A stretch of 64,000 bases of DNA from Trichosphaerium sp. ATCC 40318. Taxonomy: Eukaryota > Protista > Tubulinea. The notes beneath the pieces are model-generated. The model was not told the DNA's origin. It worked only from the letters and a program-made list of their open reading frames with translations, and made no database searches. A program made the position numbers and the translations under genes. The stretch's first letter is position 1. Each line of letters begins with the position of its first letter. Of the stretch, positions 1 through 13,600 are shown piece by piece. The DNA lies in contig JALMLS010000640.1 in NCBI GenBank assembly GCA_038496445.1, forward strand, positions 62,001 through 126,000. Direction: 5' to 3'.

Positions 1-3000
1 TCGAAAATATGATACCTTGAGAAGAAGTATTAGACAAAAAGAGCAAAAAAACTACACTTGCTCTGCATTTTTTTTCAATCTGAACTTGTTCACAGTCTTC
101 CTAATTGTAATTTGATCGCGTTCAGAGATACCTAAAGGAATGGATATTCATATTATTGCTATCAAATATGTATTGGTTTGTTACTTACTTGGTTCTGTAC
201 TGTCACGCATAAACTCAAAACTTTCACGTGGTACAATATGAGTTTGCTCCTCGTTATTTTCTGAATCACTAGATTGATTGATTATTGTTTGCACAGCCTT
301 GTTAAGAGTTAGTACTACATACCAAACTTGCGTTTAATAGCATACCTGCATTTTGAAGTCATTATCATTGGAAACGTAAGTGTTTTTGTGGCTAAGAAAA
401 AAGTAAGAATCATTTTTGTTGGATTTGGCTGTTGCGCGAGAGTACTTACTGAGAGATATGCTGCGCGGTTGAAGCTCTCTTAGCAATTATAAAAGCAAGC
501 TCTTGTCCTATTTTATTGTAAAAAATATGTAGTCATGACTGTAATGCTGACTAACCTTTAATAATGAAATCATTAGGTGGGTTTAGAACAATACCATTTT
601 CGTGTTGCTCATCAATTACTTGAACAGCAAAAAGTACTGCTCCACCAAAGTGCTCGTAAACCTCCTAATCATACGCATTACTACAAAAAATGTATCAAAC
701 AGTAATACCTGGACAGCCTCTGTCCATCGAAGTCCTTGAAACGAAATTGGAAGATTACAAGAAAAAATAGCTTGCGTGCTTCCAAGCGCTATTAACAGAC
801 AGTAGTGTTAAGTTTCAATATGGTAATGTGTCGTAAAGTACGCACTATATTCATAGTTCCAATTCGTTCTACTTCTTGTTGCTTCAACTGGATTAATAGT
901 AAACTGCAAAATGAAGTTTGATAACAAAGTTGAAAATCCAGCAGCAAGACAAGATTGACCCAATAAAAGCTAGTGTTGACAAACACGTGTCAGATTAATG
1001 ATAATAAAATAATAACTAATGTACAGGTAACGACTTACCATCTTAATTTGATCAAGACATAGAACGTTGGTGATACCTTCAGCAACGAGAATTTTCTAAA
1101 CAGAGGATTAGATAATAAAAAAATAAAAAGGATTTACTGTATTTTGATATTGACTGATTTGTGCAAAGATCGGCATATCAGCGTTTCTTGTTCTTATATA
1201 TTCATTTACAGATAAAACATTTAATATGGCTTTAGCATCACCTACGGAAAATATCAGTCAAGGAGAAATCAGAAAAACTTGAGTTAAAAAAATTACCATC
1301 ATCTTTTTCTCCGTATGTATTACTTAAAACAAAGCAAGCTTTTGCAACATCAAGTCTTGCTCTCTTCAAATCCGCTCTCACCTTTCAATAGACTTAGTAA
1401 AAATAGCTAAATTTACTGCGAATATAGTACCAGTGGTGATCCTACAAGGTACGTTGTTCTTGGTGCCAATAGAGGATCTTGAAACAATAAAGATTTAAGT
1501 TCAAAATCAGGTTCCTTTGGTGCTAAGAATACAACCTTCATGCGACCATGTCCAATCTATAAACCGAATTCAATAAGATACGTTATCGCATTTTAGCGTA
1601 TGTACCTCATGAAAGAATTCTTTAAAAAAGTATAAGACACCTGTGTAGTTAATAGCGCCACAAACAACAATATGTTGATTTTGCTTTGGGCTATATTTGC
1701 CTTCATATTCTACAAGTGCGCTTAGTAGATCCTAAAAATACTCGCCACTGCCACTATATACCTGATGTAGTTGATAAAGCTTTAACAAGTGCACCAGTCT
1801 GCCAAGTTACAAGCAAGAAACCAACACCAATCATAGTCATCATTACCTTTACACTAATTAAATAACATGTCACTTTGTTACTTTGTTTGTTACCATTTTT
1901 CCAGCTGTTGTTTGCGGTGAGTTGTCACCATAACCTACTGTACTGAACGTATGAGAATGTCAAGGAAGAATTTCAGGGATAGCAATAAGGTTAAGACAAG
2001 AAACAATCATAAAAAAGAGGATACGACAACCATCCAGTAGACACATTCGTGGAACGTCAGTAACTGTCCGTCTGATGAACTTGACTCAATCAGCTGTATA
2101 ACAGATGCAGTACAAAATATAAGAGAAACAAGTGTGAACATAACAACAAGAACTTGGCGGTGAACACCTACAAACTAAATAAGCTTGATACATGTAAAAC
2201 AAATAAACACTACTACAAACCTGAAAGGAACCCAAATATTCTGTACGCCCTTATAATACGCATGGCACGTAGTATACGTAATGGACGTAAGAATCCAGAA
2301 CTAGTAAGTGCCGACTCAGCTACGAGTAGTCGTCAAAAAAAAAAGGAGAAAAGAAATCAAGACATGTCATTTGACGAAATGAATATTTTGGCACGTGTCA
2401 AGAAACTACAACGAAAAAAAATCTAAATACGGGTTTTGCTGATTGCAGACTTTCAGTACCAAATATGATATTAGCAATGACAGGCATGATAGTGAAGAAA
2501 TCAATAAGTGCAAAAGGGCTGAAAAAGTATTTGAGCCTATAAAGGTATGGAGTCAGTAAGGTGGTTTGTAGGTGACTCAATAACACTCTAAACGCACCTG
2601 TCATCAGCAACGTAGAACAATAGAACGTAGTCAACGGCGAATACCACCGAGAATAACACTTCAATGACAAACAGCCATACTGGTACAACGCCGTAGTTGT
2701 CCTCCAGGTATAGTTCTATAACGTAAAACACACAGCTGAGGATAGTGACGGCAATTTGAAAAATTAGCTATTTACCGTATTAACACTGTATATATGCTTG
2801 TTAGTATTCGGAGTAGGTCGTACCCATGCTTTGCCATATGTTGACGCGGATATAAAGTAACTAAGCCTTTGACGCAACGAAGGGCGCTGCGCTGTATTGT
2901 GGCGTTAAAATATCGTATTTTACGTTAGTACAGCGTACTTGCGAGATCGTATTGGCTTATTTCACTAAATCCTTTCTTTTCTTTGCAATTTGCACACCAT

Positions 3001-3122
3001 CCTTTGGTTAGCCATTTAACCAATCGAAAAATGAATATAAACAATGGAACGAAGAAAAGCGGAGCAGCAATGACAAGCAAAACCTTGAACACTTCGTGCC
3101 ATAACCCTGAAGCAGGCTTCAT
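1..3122 (-). CDS. Slo/BK-family (RCK-domain) potassium channel, multi-exon, 3' end runs off the window
   Basis: Spliced translation gives the pore signature TFSTVGYGDN (1921-1950), TM segment YLYRLKYFFSPFALIDFFTIMP, and RCK motifs HIVVCG, YLVGSP and DLKRARLDVAKACFVLS. The start codon is uncertain. Confidence 0.85.
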
Positions 3123-3337
3123 TGCCACCTATCGTATCAATACCTGTTTAAGGCAAAACCTGTAAATGTAGTCAAAAAAACTCAAAAACAATTTGTTTTC
3201 AGTTAAACGCTGCAGACATTCTTTCAAACGTTGCGTATATTATAGCAGTGACCTACTGCTAGTAGAACAGTGCTAAAACAGAGCTCGTGGCTTAAACGCA
3301 GTGGTGACACTCTTAATACCCAAACATCTGCGCTTGC

Positions 3338-6106
3338 ATGAAACGTTGCCTTGTGCTCGTTGTAGTTTACTACACAACGCTCGTACTTTGTAGTAGCGCC
3401 GGCGAAGACAATCCATTTGTTAAAGAGCCTGCACGGAAGGATTTCAGTGCGTGAAGGACATCATTAGCGTAATTAACACATTGAAGTATGGGTAACTGGC
3501 GAATTTACACAAGTAACAGAAAATGGCGCTACAGCAAACAACGTAGCAATGTGGGATATAGTGAAGGGTAAATACAGATTTTTCTGACGAATAGTTCAAT
3601 TTGTTACCAAACGTGCACCACAACAATTTAACATCTACTGGTAAGGCGTGTGGTGGTTTCTACGCGACGAACGTTATGATAGCTCTCGAGGATTGAATGG
3701 TGGGATTAATGCAATTTCGTCCTCTAGTATTGCTGGAGACGATGATTACTTCTTAGGAGGTGAATTTAATAACTTGGGTCACATGCAATCGTCACCAGTA
3801 TCAGTCGAAGGATTTAACCTGGTACACTATCGGCCTCTATCTGTCACCTATGCACGTCATAAAACGCTTAGTTTAAACCTTGTTAGGTCGCCAGATGGAA
3901 TGCAAGTTTATATCATTTCGAGCCTCTAGGACAAGGTCTTGAGGTGCGCTTTCAAGCGTAGGAACTACGATTGGATTTTAAAGCTTATCAAATGAATAAT
4001 TTTTCTGGCTTTTTTTTTTGATTGATTGTCGGACCTATAACTCACAGAGTACAGGGTGAAAGGGTTGATAGTGTACTTGTTTCAGATATGAGTTTCTTGG
4101 TATTTTTCTCTGGGAAATTCGATTATGCTATAGGTATCTTGAAGTGATCTTTATCACGTGCATTGTTTTTAAAGGATTTTTTTTTATTGGTTTTTGAAAG
4201 AAAAAATTCAAAAAATCGCTTCGACGTTTACTTACGCTTTGCTCTTAATAGGACAGAATAGTACAAAGTTAAATAATATCGCTGGTTGGAATAGAAAAAC
4301 ATCAAAGTGGTTTCCATTGGTACTAGCTTGAAATTTGTTTATTTTTTTATTGGCTGAAACATTGTATTTATTCGAGTTTTTTTGTTCAGGGCCAAGGATT
4401 TAAATGTCAAGGATACTACCTCCCAGTGAAAAAAATGGCAATGAACTCTAGGGGTCTACTTTATGCATTATCAGTTAGTGTTGGTACACAAATAACACGC
4501 AGTTTCGATCACACAACCTTTTTTTTTCATTTTTAAAGTTTTCCTCTTTCTTTGCGCTGTAGAGGTTACTTGCATTATTATTTGCTTATGAATTCTTAAA
4601 CCACCATTAGCGGATGATGTAGGTTGTATAGGCACATATGACTATATTAAAGACACGTGGGAGAATTTTGAATTTTCCATTGATGGTTCAATTAATGACA
4701 TGGTTATTGATACAACTGACGACTCAGATGTCTTATATATTGGTGGTACGCTACTGAACCAGTATACACTTTTTTTTAATATTACATCAAAGGCTCATTT
4801 ACTAAGATTAATGATCAGGATGTACAAGCGTAAGCAACCAGAGGTTTTGCGAAGCCATTTTTTTTGGAAAGCACAGAAATGCATGGCAAATGTCTTCCTT
4901 GTTTGCCATGGTTTCAAGATAGTTGAAAAAAAAAAGATTTTGACATGCCAAGCGTGATGTCCTTCTTTCTCTGTTTTTTAATGGTTTAGTTCTTCAGCAG
5001 AAGAGCGTCAAGGTTGTTGAATTTTTTTAATGTTTGATTTAGAGTAGCTATGTTAAATGCTACAACAAATGGTACTATACATATAAATCCTGTTGGTAGC
5101 ACCCTTCAAAAATATCAAAACAACGATATTGTAGTATATACTATACTTGCACTCAAAAAGAACGTATTTTATATCGGTACGTTTAAAGGAGAAAAAACTA
5201 TGTTTTAAGTTTTACTTATTTACAAGAAAGTTAACATTATTTTCACGTGCATGAAACGAATCAACTCTAACACTTTTATTTCAAGGTGGCACTTTTAATG
5301 TTACTGGGAGTTTCCGTAACACTGGATCAAATGTTGCTCGTCTCACTGAACATGGAACTTTTGAACCAGTTGGTAAAGGTGTTTATGGTCCAGATGATGC
5401 ATGTGTCTCGAGTTTGTCTGTTGGTTCTGGAGACTTTGAAAGTATGTATACGTTTGACCCAATTACTATTTTATTTAATTCCCTTGACAACGTTCAAAGG
5501 GCTGCCAGTGGTTTTTTTGTTTTAATCGCTCAATTAAAAAGATTTTTCTTTTCTTTCCTTATCTTTCTTTTGACGCTCTGTTTCTCATTTTGCATTTCCA
5601 GAAACGCGTTTATTCATTGGTGGAAGATTCGATAAAGCAGGTGATCTAGATAGTCAGAATTTGGCTCAATACGAAATAGACGATGTTTCTGTACGCCTAT
5701 CTTTTTTTGGAGGTGGCGGAATACTCACTTTTTAAGGGTTCGTATATTCCTGTGTTGAATGGCACCTATGGGCCAGTGACTGGTCTATTCGCAAGTACGT
5801 CTTCATAGCGCTTGCTTGATTTTATTGTTTTTAACTTTTTCTTCCTAGAGGAAGCTCCAACGCCACCATTTTTAGAGTTTTGGACACCACGTACGTGTTT
5901 GGATTTTTTAGAAGATTTTTTTTTATTTTGTGTTGTCTCTTTGAGGTTGTTCGAAATAATATATTCTTATTTTATTCTTAGTTATAATTGGACTTATTAT
6001 TGCTGATGCTGGTGTTCTTATTGTTTTACTATTGCTTATGATATTATCTTATTTACAAATGAAGAATATTCTAAAAGATGAGTACTTACTCATGCCTCTT
6101 AACTAA
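3338..6106 (+). CDS. Single-pass membrane protein with Rax2-like beta-propeller repeats, multi-exon
   Basis: Signal peptide MKRCLVLVVVYYTTLVLC. Repeated FLGGEFNNLG / LYIGG / GGTFNVTG / FIGGRFDKAG and FEPLGQG / FEPVGKG motifs. C-terminal TM helix IIGLIIADAGVLIVLLLLMILSYL. Confidence 0.6.
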
Positions 6107-6499
6107 GGAATCCAAAAAAAAGTTTTGAAAAAAAATCGAAAGAAATAAACATTGTACTAAAGCCAAAATTGACCACCCTCACTTCTACGCGTACTCAGGA
6201 ACTACAAAAGCATCTGGTATTGTTATGTATCTCAATAGTAGCAAATACGGGTCAATTTAAGTCCGGTCAATATGATTCTACTAAGAACAAATGCAACAGC
6301 AAGCATCTCCCGAAATTTTTTTCCACATGTTCCAAACGGACATTTTCTGGTCTACAGGCTTAATTTGCTGTAATTTCTTTCATTTCATCGTTCTCCCAAG
6401 GACAATACAATAGGTATAACACGATTTCGAAGTCGATAAACAAGTTCGTCGGGTTTTTTTTCAAAACTAAGATAACGCTCTAATAGAACATCTATAAAC

Positions 6500-6837
6500 A
6501 TGTCTGAAGCTCCACCAAAGTCGAACAAGAGGAAAAACCAAGACGCAGAAGGCTCTTCAGACGTGGTCGCCAAAAAGCAAAGAAGAGTAAAAAAAACAAA
6601 AGACGAGTTTCTACAAGCTCTGAGAGACGGTAGTAAGTATTTTTTATCAACGTTTATGCACACGAGATCTCGTTTTTTTAATTTTGTTTTTTTTTCAAAT
6701 CAGCCATTCCGTACAAAAAGTGCAGCCAGCCTGCGTTGAAGGAATATGTCGATGAGCGCGGATTAAGAGATAAGAAGGGTTATATTAAAAAAGCTGAGTT
6801 AATTGCTATCCTTGAAGCAGCAGATGAGAAGGCTTGA
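6500..6837 (+). CDS. Small basic nuclear protein with SAP/HeH-like C-terminal domain (1 intron)
   Basis: NLS-like KRK...KKQRR. Exon 2 reads YKKCSQPALKEYVDERGLRDKKGYIKKAELIAILEAADE, a helix-extended-helix pattern. Confidence 0.6.
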
Positions 6838-7483
6838 GAGTAGTGTAGGTGTTGTTTAAAACTAGCCGTTAATGAAAAAAAAAATAAACGCAAAAAAAAA
6901 ATAAAGAATGTCCGGTTTGTTGGCATCACGTTCGATGACAGACCTCTAAATATGCTCAACCGCGTGTATTTGAATGTATATAGCGTATTTATGGTTTAAA
7001 ACAGCAATCCTGACAGATTTTATGCAAACGCAAATTTTTTTTGGTTTTTTTTTTCGTAATTCTTTTGGCCAAAAGTGAAGAAAAAATTTCTCGTGGTTAT
7101 TTTTTTTTTGATTTGAAACAAATAAAAAATTAGAAAAGCGTTTGTCTCACGCTTTTTAAAAAACCTCTACAAGGTCTAATGCATGCATATCGCTTGCGTT
7201 GGGTGTCTAGTACACTGTTAGAGGGTTTGATTTGCTCACCATGTTCAAGTACTTTTCAACGTTACCAAAAAACTCAAACAAAGAAAAAAACGCTCTTTCG
7301 ACAGCGTTACAGAGAGCTCAATGCTGCACTTTCGAAATTTCCTCATGCAAGACTATGTAATGAAATCTAAAAAGGTTATTTTTACCAGCACGTGGAGTCA
7401 TACGAGACTATAAGTTTTTTGTTTTCTATCGTTTTATGGTACAACTTTTTTGGGGTTTTTTTTTGTTTTTTTGGGATTTTGAT

Positions 7484-10400
7484 TTAATCTTCATCTTCTT
7501 CTTCTTTTTTCTTCTCTTGCTTTGCTCTTTTGTTTGCTTTATGATCAGCAACAGTAGCAAGCTTTCTTTTTCTTTCAAACCTGCTTAGAGTATCTCTTGC
7601 GCCATAATTCTCAACAAGCTCTGATTTCTTGATACCTTCAGTTGCCAATTGTGCTCTTTCCATTGCTTTTTGTTCTTGTCTTCTTTTGACATTTGTAATA
7701 ATTTGATCTCTTCTTTTATTCTGTTTATCTTCCATAATCTGTGTATCAGACTTGGACTTCCCTGGAGCCACGTATGGTCTTTCAGAGCGTATCTCTCCGT
7801 CTTTTGTTTCTTGCCATTTATCCTTAGATAGGGAAGATACAGCACCGATATACTTCATGTCTAGAGCAATCATATCCGGCTAAAAACAAAAAAGGTTAAA
7901 AAAACGCCGGCATAAAAAAAGCAAGAGGAAATTGTTTTTGGTTTTTTTTTTGAACGGAACGTACTTGTATCTTCTCTAAAGCTCTCTTAACTACGCCTTC
8001 TCTTCTTTGATGCTTTGTTGTAAATGGATTCTCAACGTTACTGTCAATATTAGGTTCTCCAGAACCTGGTATTACAAGAGAAGAAAAGCCCTTGTAAAAT
8101 GTCAGAAACCAGTGGAGTGAAAAAATTACAGTTTAAACAATATTTTAGTCTCTTAAACCTTTAAACGTACATCGTAAGTTCCAACGCCAAGTACATCCTC
8201 GTATGGACAAAAATTAATGGAAGTTATTGGCGAATATGTCCTATGGTACACGTGAGATACGGTTTAAAAACAAAGCGAGCTATTGGATTTTTTCTTTTCC
8301 TTGTTTTGATTTTCCTGATTAAAATTGCTTACTTGTGCCTCATGTATGGTTCAGGTTTTGGTTTAGATTTCTCGGAGTCTGTTGAGGAAATATAATCCTT
8401 CCAAACTTCAACAATATTATCACGTGCCAAAGCAAGAAGTCCAAGTTGACTGAAACGAAGTAAATAAACAAAAACAACTCAAAAAATAATTTTCTTACCT
8501 GAACTTCACGTCTGTAAGACCACGACCTGTGTTGTATGTTTCGAGTTCTTTGAATGTTCTAAGATCCCACAATTTAACGGAACTTGGCCCAGCTGTGACC
8601 ATAATGCTACAAAATAGTTATGTTTAGAACCGTTTCGATTTATAAACAGCGTTTTCTTGCCAAAATGGTGAGCCTTACCGACCAGTTCTGTCAACATCAA
8701 TAGTAGATATAGCTCCTTTATGTGCTAATATTTGTGCGAGAGGTTTCTCTACTTTAGGTGCAATGAGTTTGACTTGTCCTAAAGCGAAGTGTGTTAACAA
8801 TAAACTGACAAGTAAACTAGTGATGGTTACCATAATCAGCAACATGAATAACACCATTTGTATGATTAAGTGCAATAGGATAACTAGGACGAGCGCTGAA
8901 CATTTTGCGACTGCATACTAAATCTCCAGTTGTAGAATCTTGATAGAGAGCAAATCCATACTTGCTCTGTTGTAAAGGAGTGAGCAAACAAATAATATAG
9001 AAAAAAAAGCGAAATGAGCTTGACGTACAACACCAAAAAGTAGAAAATGGTATGGTAGATATGACAAGTTTGTAGCGTGTTTAAAATGCTTTAAACGGCG
9101 TATTTCTGTTCCATGGTAGTCATAAACATAACAGTCTTCTTTTTGTGCTACAGCAAACATTGTCTCGTTGTGAAGAAATCTAAAGTTTAAAAAAATCAAT
9201 ATTTCTTTCATTCTTCCTGGCGTATTCACAAAAGAACAAAATACGCTGTTACGGTTTGATTACACCGAAGAAAACACGTGCAATGCAGTGTCATATAATA
9301 AAAGAACAAGAAAATTATGAGGAAGATAAACGCACGTGAAATCTTTGACAGTTTCTTGTAAAAATAGCTCACAATGAATATCACTTTTGTCCCAATCAAG
9401 AACAGCAATATGTCCTTTTCTACCACCCAGAATAGCTTCTCTACCACCTCTAAAGTACTTTGCTTTATAAGGACCAAGGTTCAACTCCAAATCAAATATC
9501 TACAACAAGTATTAGACAAGGGCAACAAACTAAACAACGAAGCCAAAAAAAAAATTCATCAAAAAAACAATTTACTGTATTTCGTTTTGTTTGCTTACTT
9601 TTTGTTTTGTTTGCATATCAATACCAGCAGATATTTCTCGTTGTGCTACACTAACAGTTGTACGATCTAGAAATCGATTAATTAATGATTAACCGTGAAA
9701 TCATAGGATCAAAAAAAGTCAAAAAACAACTTACCATCTGTTTCAAGGAAACCAGCGTCGGTTTGATTGTGTATAAGCTCCATACGTGCAGCGTCTATAA
9801 TACCTTTTTTAGTGGTTTTTACACGATACTCATTCTTTTTCTTGTGATGCCTAAAATTCACGTCCTATCTCGGGTGTCAGGTGATTTCTGTGTTATTTAC
9901 ATTGCTAGTATTGTCTACCACAAGCTATTGAGTCGTATAGACGTACTTGGGTGTTGACAGCAGCACCACGAATGTATTTGACACATTTATCCTTAATGGC
10001 AGTTGTATACTCCTTTTCTAGCTCTGGGTCGTAGAATTTGACGTCTGTCTCATCGAATTTTGTTGCCTCAAGCTTTGTTTTTTTTTGCTTCTTGAAACCG
10101 ATGCTAGGGCGTTTAGCCTTTGGTTTTTCGGCTTGTACGACGTCTTCTGGTGCTGGTGGCCATTGTTTACCGTAGTCCTTTTAAAATTAGTTGGAGTGGC
10201 GTGTTTCGGTTTTGTACGTACTGGGAGGAATCTGAGACCCTTCGTAGCTCTAATGTAAAATTTCTTGTTGGCTTCTTGCAATTCAACTGGCCAAATTAAT
10301 AGTATTTCTTGGCGTTATGACGTACTTGGAGCGTCTACGTTATTGTTTTGAGCCCATTCGAGCAGCGTAGAAAAAGCAAACGGCGTGATGCGTAATTTAC

Positions 10401-10545
10401 GTATGACATGATGAAATTCGAGCCAACCGCCTTTGTAGACTTGGGCCCTAACACCTAGACCTTCCCTGCGTGGCCCAAATTTTAAAATACGCAGCAAGCG
10501 GTGCACCATCGAACGGTTTGGCGTACTGCCTTTTGATTTGTCCAT
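7484..10545 (-). CDS. UTP7: WD40/BING4CT SSU-processome protein UTP7/WDR46 with an N-terminal Tpt1-like extension
   Basis: Motifs LGPYKAKY..GGRKGHIAVLDW, HNETMFAVAQK, LSYLPYHFLL, PGSGEPNIDSNVENPFTTKHQRREGVVKRALEKIQ. Canonical GT-AG introns keep the frame open back to ATG 10545. Confidence 0.93.
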
Positions 10546-10627
10546 GGTCAGTTACAGGAGAATCTAAAGAAAACAAGAATGGCGTGACTAAACCAGACTT
10601 AACGAACTATCACAGTACTCCACTGAC

Positions 10628-13600
10628 ATGTTCTACAGCACCAATGTAAGCTGCTCCATGATTTTAGAAGAATGGTCTATCAAAACGCACAAAGCGAATT
10701 ATAGCGCGTAATGAGGGTATTCAGGCGCCAAAGGCGTACGCCAAAGAAGTATGAGCACGTTCTAGAGTACGTAACCGAACGGACGTTCAAGTTTCGTAAT
10801 AGCATGTCACAGAACTACGCAAAAAGTTAGAAAATCAGCTAATAGTATGCGCAAGGACATTCTCAGGTATTTTTGTGAAAAAAAATTAACGCAAAGCTAA
10901 CATACAGTAGAGACGCGTCAATGGTTCGCCTAGGATCTGTTGCGCGACAGTTAGGTATTAAAGTGTTAGATGATTGGTATACTGTTACAAATGAACAAGT
11001 TAATAATACAGGTGGCCTTTACGTTACTTCTAAGTACGTTTTAGTATATTCTTTCTTCAAATAGCTTCGAGCAAAGCCATCAAATCCTATTTTCAGCAAA
11101 AAAAAACTGACTTTTGTTGTAGAGCCCATTGGTCACTTTGTCGATCACTTTGTATAATATATCCAAATCATGAATGGAAACCATGGAGATTTACGTACAA
11201 AAAATGATTTGACATTTATTTTTAATGGCATAACTTACATTAATCTGACAGGCAAGCTCCGAATTCTCATTGGGATGATATTGATAATCAAAGAATGTTT
11301 TTTGAACATCTTGCAGAGTTACATGGATTAAAGCTTTTTGAAGACTTTTACCGGTTGACACTAAATGAGATGAAAGCATTAAAAGGAAGGAAAGCAGGCG
11401 GATACATCATTTCAAAGTACATACATTTTGACATGTCTATTTTTTTTTTTTTGACAGAAATTTGTTCGTTTTAAGCCTGTCTGCTTGTCAACTTGATGCT
11501 TTAATTATCTGATGTTGGCAACACATGGAAAATTCAAATCTGATAGATGTACTTCATTGGCGTATTACAATTAAACTTAACTCAAGGTGTCAAGTTGCCA
11601 AGCGGACAGCTCAAATATTTTACACGAAAAAAAGTTGTTAACAAGCTTTTTTGGTGCTATCTAATACTTATTTTGTAAACTAGATATGGGTCATTTCTGG
11701 AAACTCTTGAGTCGGTATATCCTCAATATGAATGGGTTCCATGGCGATTCACGTGAGTTACAAACAACTTAAGTGAGGGTATTAATTATACTAAGTACAC
11801 TAATAGTAATACTCTCAAAGGTCATGAGATGCGTCAGTTTAATCGATATGCACAACAACTACGTGTATTAACTCTAGATGATTGGTATAGTATTAATATG
11901 GCAAAAGTCTTACGACTGGGTGCCAGCCACGATACAAACACGGGGTGCGTTCTGACAAAAAAAATAAAAGCGGATGTGCCGGTACTTTCTCTGCTTCCCG
12001 GTGAATATTGGCCTCCCAAACACTTTTCCATGCCTTATAAGGTTATACGTATATTGTGTTCAACCAATTATGGCGTCTAGATCCCACTTTAGGGGCTTCA
12101 GCCTGCTGTACTTTAAACATTCTTTAAATGCGAAAAGAAGCAGCAACAAATACGCTCCTCACTGTTGCTGATTTTTTATTTCAAGTCACAATCACTCTAT
12201 AGCTGATACTCTAATGGATATATTCCCTGATTTTGAATGGGAACCATGCCGCTTCCAGTGCGTCGGTTTTTATTATGAAATCTAGTTTAACGCGGGTTTT
12301 GTAGACGTGTTCCTTACCGTTATTGGAAAAAGATACAAGGATTACGTGTCACTTTCAATCACATTGGTAAACGTTTAAATGTTAAACATCTTGAAGATTG
12401 GCATGACGTACAAAGCCAAGATATCAATGAATTAGGTGATATCAGGCGTGTTCTAGATAAGTAAGTCTCCTTTACAAGGCGTACAGCCAGACAAAACGAA
12501 ACCAATAGTACTTTTTTTTTCTTATTATGCACTTCGAAAACTGTACTGTATGGTGTATTCTGGCTTACAAGATTTGTTTAGTTTCAATAGATCTGTTGCT
12601 AGAGCTGTTGTTACAATATTTCCTGAGTACCCATGGCACTTCAAGTGCGTAAAACACATGAAACGAACAACAAAACACAAAACTGTATGTTTATTTGTTG
12701 ATTATCCTTGTAGGCATATATCAACACGGCATGCTCAGGGACATTGGGATAACCTAAAAAACAGATTAAATTTCTTAAGAGATGTATCAATAGAACATGG
12801 CATTGACTCACCTAAAAACTGGTAAAGTGTCTATCGACTAATTTTGTTCAAAAGAGAAAAACAAACACAAAGAAATATGACAAATCTTATTTTCTTACTT
12901 TATTGCTTTTTACAGGTATCGATACTCAATAGGTAGATTCAACGGATACAGTGCTATTGGCATGGCAGCTCACTTCCAAGATTCCCTTTCCGATTTCTAC
13001 CCACGTGCTCAGTGGAACTGGAGCAACATCACAAGACTGAATAAAAAATCACATCAGAGGTATCCCGTCTTCATCTTCTTTGTTTAAACTCAGGGTGATA
13101 ATTAGACGTATTCTCGAAATGACAAGAATTTTATTCGGTTCACAATGTGTAGAAGAAGAGCACCCAATAGGTTTGAGACATAGTTCAGGGTTAGCACTAG
13201 TTGTAGATATCTTTGTACCGGAGTATAACATTGCCATTGAGTATCAAGGTAAACACAATGAATTTTATCTTATTTGCGAGCTACTAAACTATGTTCGTAT
13301 AAGGTGAACATCATTATTACGACGCTGTAAAACAAGTTCTTCCTTCCACAATTTTTGAAGCAAGAGATGAAGAGAAGATGCATCAATGCGAAGCAAGCGG
13401 TTCGTTCAAAGTTTTTTGAATTGTGTGGTTCTTTGTGTTGTTCTAGACTATTTTGAACAACAGTCAACATTGTCACTATGATTAAAATACGCTAATGAAA
13501 TACGCATGTAGGTATTACGTTGATACCTATTCCATACTGGTACGAGGAAAAGATTTGTTTATAAAACCTTATTTTTTTCAAAGGTGGGACAATAAGATAG

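Noticed and set aside
11942-11960. GGGGTGC..CTGA resembling the start of a TPP riboswitch
   Set aside because: Lacks CUGAGA and the downstream CCUGA/AGGGA elements; it is simply an exon end plus a GTGCGT donor.
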